Part shown: in pieces, positions 37,819 to 39,901 of the stretch
How the letters are laid out: each line of letters starts with the position of its first letter
How positions within the stretch are numbered: the first letter of the stretch is position 1
Origin: Flavobacterium sp.
Lineage (GTDB): Bacteria; Bacteroidota; Bacteroidia; Flavobacteriales; Flavobacteriaceae
Assembly: GCF_003525665.1 (NCBI RefSeq)
Contig: NZ_DQDX01000105.1
Coordinates: 1-39,901 of the forward strand
DNA length: 39,901 nt
Reading direction: 5' to 3'
The notes under the pieces: generated by a model
The model's input: the letters and a program-made list of their open reading frames with translations, nothing else
The model's database searches: none
What the model was told of the DNA's origin: nothing
Position numbers and translations under genes: made by a program

Positions 37819-39120
37819 ATGAGAACCAAATCGTTAAAGAAGAATAAAATCAATGTTATTACGCTAGGATGTTCTAAAAACACTTACGATAGTGAAGTGT
37901 TGATGGGACAATTAAAAGCCAGCGGAAAAGATGTTGTGCATGAAGAAGAAGGAAATATTGTTGTAATTAACACATGCGGATTTATTGATAATGCTAAGGC
38001 AGAATCTGTGAATACCATTCTAGAATATGCCGATAAAAAATCGCGTGGAATTGTAGATAAAGTGTTCGTTACCGGATGTTTATCTGAACGATACAGACCC
38101 GATTTGGAGAAGGAAATTCCAGATGTAGATCAGTATTTTGGAACTACCGAATTGCCTCAATTGTTGAAAGCTCTTGGTGCCGATTATAAGCATGAATTAC
38201 TTGGAGAACGAATTACTACAACTCCAAAAAACTATGCTTATTTAAAAATTGCCGAAGGTTGTGATAGACCTTGCAGTTTTTGTGCAATTCCTTTAATGCG
38301 TGGTAAACACGTGTCGCAATCTATTGAGAAATTGGTGCGTGAAACAGAAGGTTTGGCTAAAAACGGAGTGAAAGAATTGATTCTTATTGCTCAAGATTTG
38401 ACTTATTACGGATTGGATTTATACAAAAAACGTAATCTTGCTGAGTTATTAGAAAACTTAGTAAAAGTAGAAGGCATTGAATGGATTAGATTGCACTACG
38501 CCTTCCCTACTGGTTTCCCAATGGATGTTTTGGAATTGATGAAACGCGAGCCAAAAATTTGTAATTACATTGATATTCCGTTGCAACATATTTCAGATAA
38601 CATTTTGAAATCGATGAAACGCGGAACTACGAAAGAAAAAACGACTAAATTATTGAAAGAATTTCGTGCAACTGTTCCAGGAATGACGATTAGAACTACT
38701 TTGATTGTTGGTTATCCTGGAGAAACTCAAGAAGATTTTGAAATCATGAGAGATTGGGTTCAGGAAATGAAATTTGAAAGATTAGGATGTTTTACTTATT
38801 CGCACGAAGAAAATACATCGGCGTTTGCTTTAGTTGATGATGTTCCAGAAGATGTTAAAAAAGCTCGTGCACAAGAAATAATGGATTTACAATCGCAAAT
38901 TTCATGGGATTTAAATCAGGAGAAAATTGGTCAGACTTTTAAATGTATTATTGATAGAAAAGAAGGTCAGTATTTTGTTGGAAGAACCGAATTTGACAGT
39001 CCGGATGTAGATAATGAAGTCTTAATTGATGCATCAAAATTCTATGTAAAAACTGGCGAATTTGTGATGGTAAAAATTACAGATGCTACAGAGTATGATT
39101 TGTACGCTGAACCGGTTTAG
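37819..39120 (+). CDS. rimO: Ribosomal protein S12 methylthiotransferase RimO
   Basis: TLGCSKN..DSE, INTCGFI, AYLKIAEGCDRPCSFCAIP radical-SAM motif, TRAM domain with DSPDVD. Confidence 0.97.
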   Translation: MRTKSLKKNKINVITLGCSKNTYDSEVLMGQLKASGKDVVHEEEGNIVVINTCGFIDNAKAESVNTILEYADKKSRGIVDKVFVTGCLSERYRPDLEKEIPDVDQYFGTTELPQLLKALGADYKHELLGERITTTPKNYAYLKIAEGCDRPCSFCAIPLMRGKHVSQSIEKLVRETEGLAKNGVKELILIAQDLTYYGLDLYKKRNLAELLENLVKVEGIEWIRLHYAFPTGFPMDVLELMKREPKICNYIDIPLQHISDNILKSMKRGTTKEKTTKLLKEFRATVPGMTIRTTLIVGYPGETQEDFEIMRDWVQEMKFERLGCFTYSHEENTSAFALVDDVPEDVKKARAQEIMDLQSQISWDLNQEKIGQTFKCIIDRKEGQYFVGRTEFDSPDVDNEVLIDASKFYVKTGEFVMVKITDATEYDLYAEPV

Positions 39121-39232
39121 GTTTTAGATTGTAGGTTGCAGGTTGCAGATTTCAGATAGCAGGTTGCAGATTTCAGGTTGCAGATAACAGGTTGCAGATA
39201 ACAGGTTGCAGATTGTAGATTTCAGGTTTTAG
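39121..39232 (+). repeat. Degenerate heptamer tandem array, 16 units, consensus RTnnYAG (GTTGCAG, ATTTCAG, ATAACAG, GTTTTAG, ATTGTAG, ATAGCAG)
   Basis: Strict 7-bp phase, every unit ends in AG; begins immediately after the rimO stop. Confidence 0.93.
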
Positions 39233-39244
39233 ATTAAAAATAAA

Positions 39245-39275
39245 AAAACTCCTAAACATTACGTTTAGGAGTTTT
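39245..39275. terminator. Bidirectional terminator between rimO and DUF1573 gene
   Basis: AAAACTCCTAAAC-loop-GTTTAGGAGTTTT. Confidence 0.85.
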
Positions 39276-39300
39276 CCGTTCTTAACCAACCTTTAATTAA

Positions 39301-39714
39301 TTATGCTTTTGCTTGAACAGTTCCTTTAAAAGTCAATACTTTCGGAGTTGTATCAATATTTGTTGTTACAGTCACAGTTTTTGTAAATGAACCAAGAGCT
39401 GCAGCGTTGTAAGTAGCCTTCACAAAACCCGATTTTCCTGGAGCAATTGGCTCTTTAGTATAATCGGCAGCGGTACAACCACATGCAGGTTTTACAGTTG
39501 TGATGATAACCGATTTATCACTTGTATTTTTGAATTCAAATTCAATCGTTTTTGGAGTTCCTTGTGGGATAGTTCCAAGATCTACAGTTTCAGATTTCCA
39601 AGCGATTCCTGCAATTGGCGTTACTTTTTCAGTTCCAGTTTTATCTGTAGGTAAAACAGAAAACGACATTAATCCTAAAGCTAATGCCAACATTGAAATT
39701 TTAATTGCTTTCAT
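39301..39714 (-). CDS. DUF1573 domain exported protein
   Basis: Signal peptide; F.FKN......I..V...CGCT......PIAPG.SG. Confidence 0.9.
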   Translation of the reverse strand: MKAIKISMLALALGLMSFSVLPTDKTGTEKVTPIAGIAWKSETVDLGTIPQGTPKTIEFEFKNTSDKSVIITTVKPACGCTAADYTKEPIAPGKSGFVKATYNAAALGSFTKTVTVTTNIDTTPKVLTFKGTVQAKA

Positions 39715-39765
39715 AAATATATTTTATAATTAATTTTAAATTTGAGTTCCTTAGTTTGAACAATT

Positions 39766-39840
39766 CAAAAGTACTGCACTCCTTTCAATACTGCTGTTAA
39801 CTGGTTTCAAATGTTTGTTAATGACTTGTTAAGTGGTGTT
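39766..39840 (-). promoter_or_regulatory. -7 box TACTTTTG (39766-39773) for DUF1573 gene with upstream TGTTAA direct repeats
   Basis: Exact TAnnTTTG; TGTTAA at 39795, 39816, 39827. Confidence 0.55.
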
Positions 39841-39877
39841 TTTACAGATTTTTTTTAGTAATATTACCTTTTAAAAG

Positions 39878-39901
39878 AGAAAATAGAATATAGAATATAG
39901 A
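39878..39901 (+). repeat. Start of another AGAATAT heptamer array (truncated by window end)
   Basis: AGAAAAT-AGAATAT-AGAATAT-AGA, same unit as 3365-3410. Confidence 0.85.

Noticed and set aside
37647..37883. Short ORFs 37647-37847 (+) and 37692-37883 (-)
   Set aside because: They overlap a terminator, the structured element, the rimO promoter and the rimO start; no protein features.
2624..39733. Remaining short antisense or out-of-frame ORFs in the track (e.g. 2624-2863, 2919-3236, 6384-6807, 6856-7125, 8031-8216, 30898-31388, 35372-35737, 39500-39733)
   Set aside because: Mostly shadow ORFs overlapping well-supported genes, with no independent evidence.

Overview
AT-rich Bacteroidota DNA, most likely Flavobacterium, judged from gene content, TAnnTTTG promoters and T9SS cargo genes. 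The window opens inside a type II-C-like CRISPR array (46-bp repeat, 28 repeats, 27 spacers, no cas genes visible). Its degenerate terminal repeat runs in frame into the 3' remnant of a WYL-domain gene. Next come DUF2200 and a MarR-led fatty-acid beta-oxidation operon (fadN/fadA/fadE-like). The operon is interrupted by a four-helix-bundle gene bracketed by mutually inverted heptamer tandem arrays. The rest is mainly core genome: rlmH, folP, DUF1599, DoxX/TlpA, tpiA, an OM barrel, an ABC pair, three tandem T9SS type-B cargo proteins, typA, a PAS kinase and receiver, rpsT, two tRNA-Glu, proS, a low-complexity lipoprotein with a FadL-like barrel, rimO and DUF1573. The most interesting signals are (1) the heptamer-armed four-helix-bundle cassette and related orphan heptamer tracts across the window, (2) the CRISPR-repeat/WYL junction, and (3) a Bacteroidetes promoter embedded in the CRISPR repeat. 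All family assignments come from recognising sequences by eye; no searches were run.
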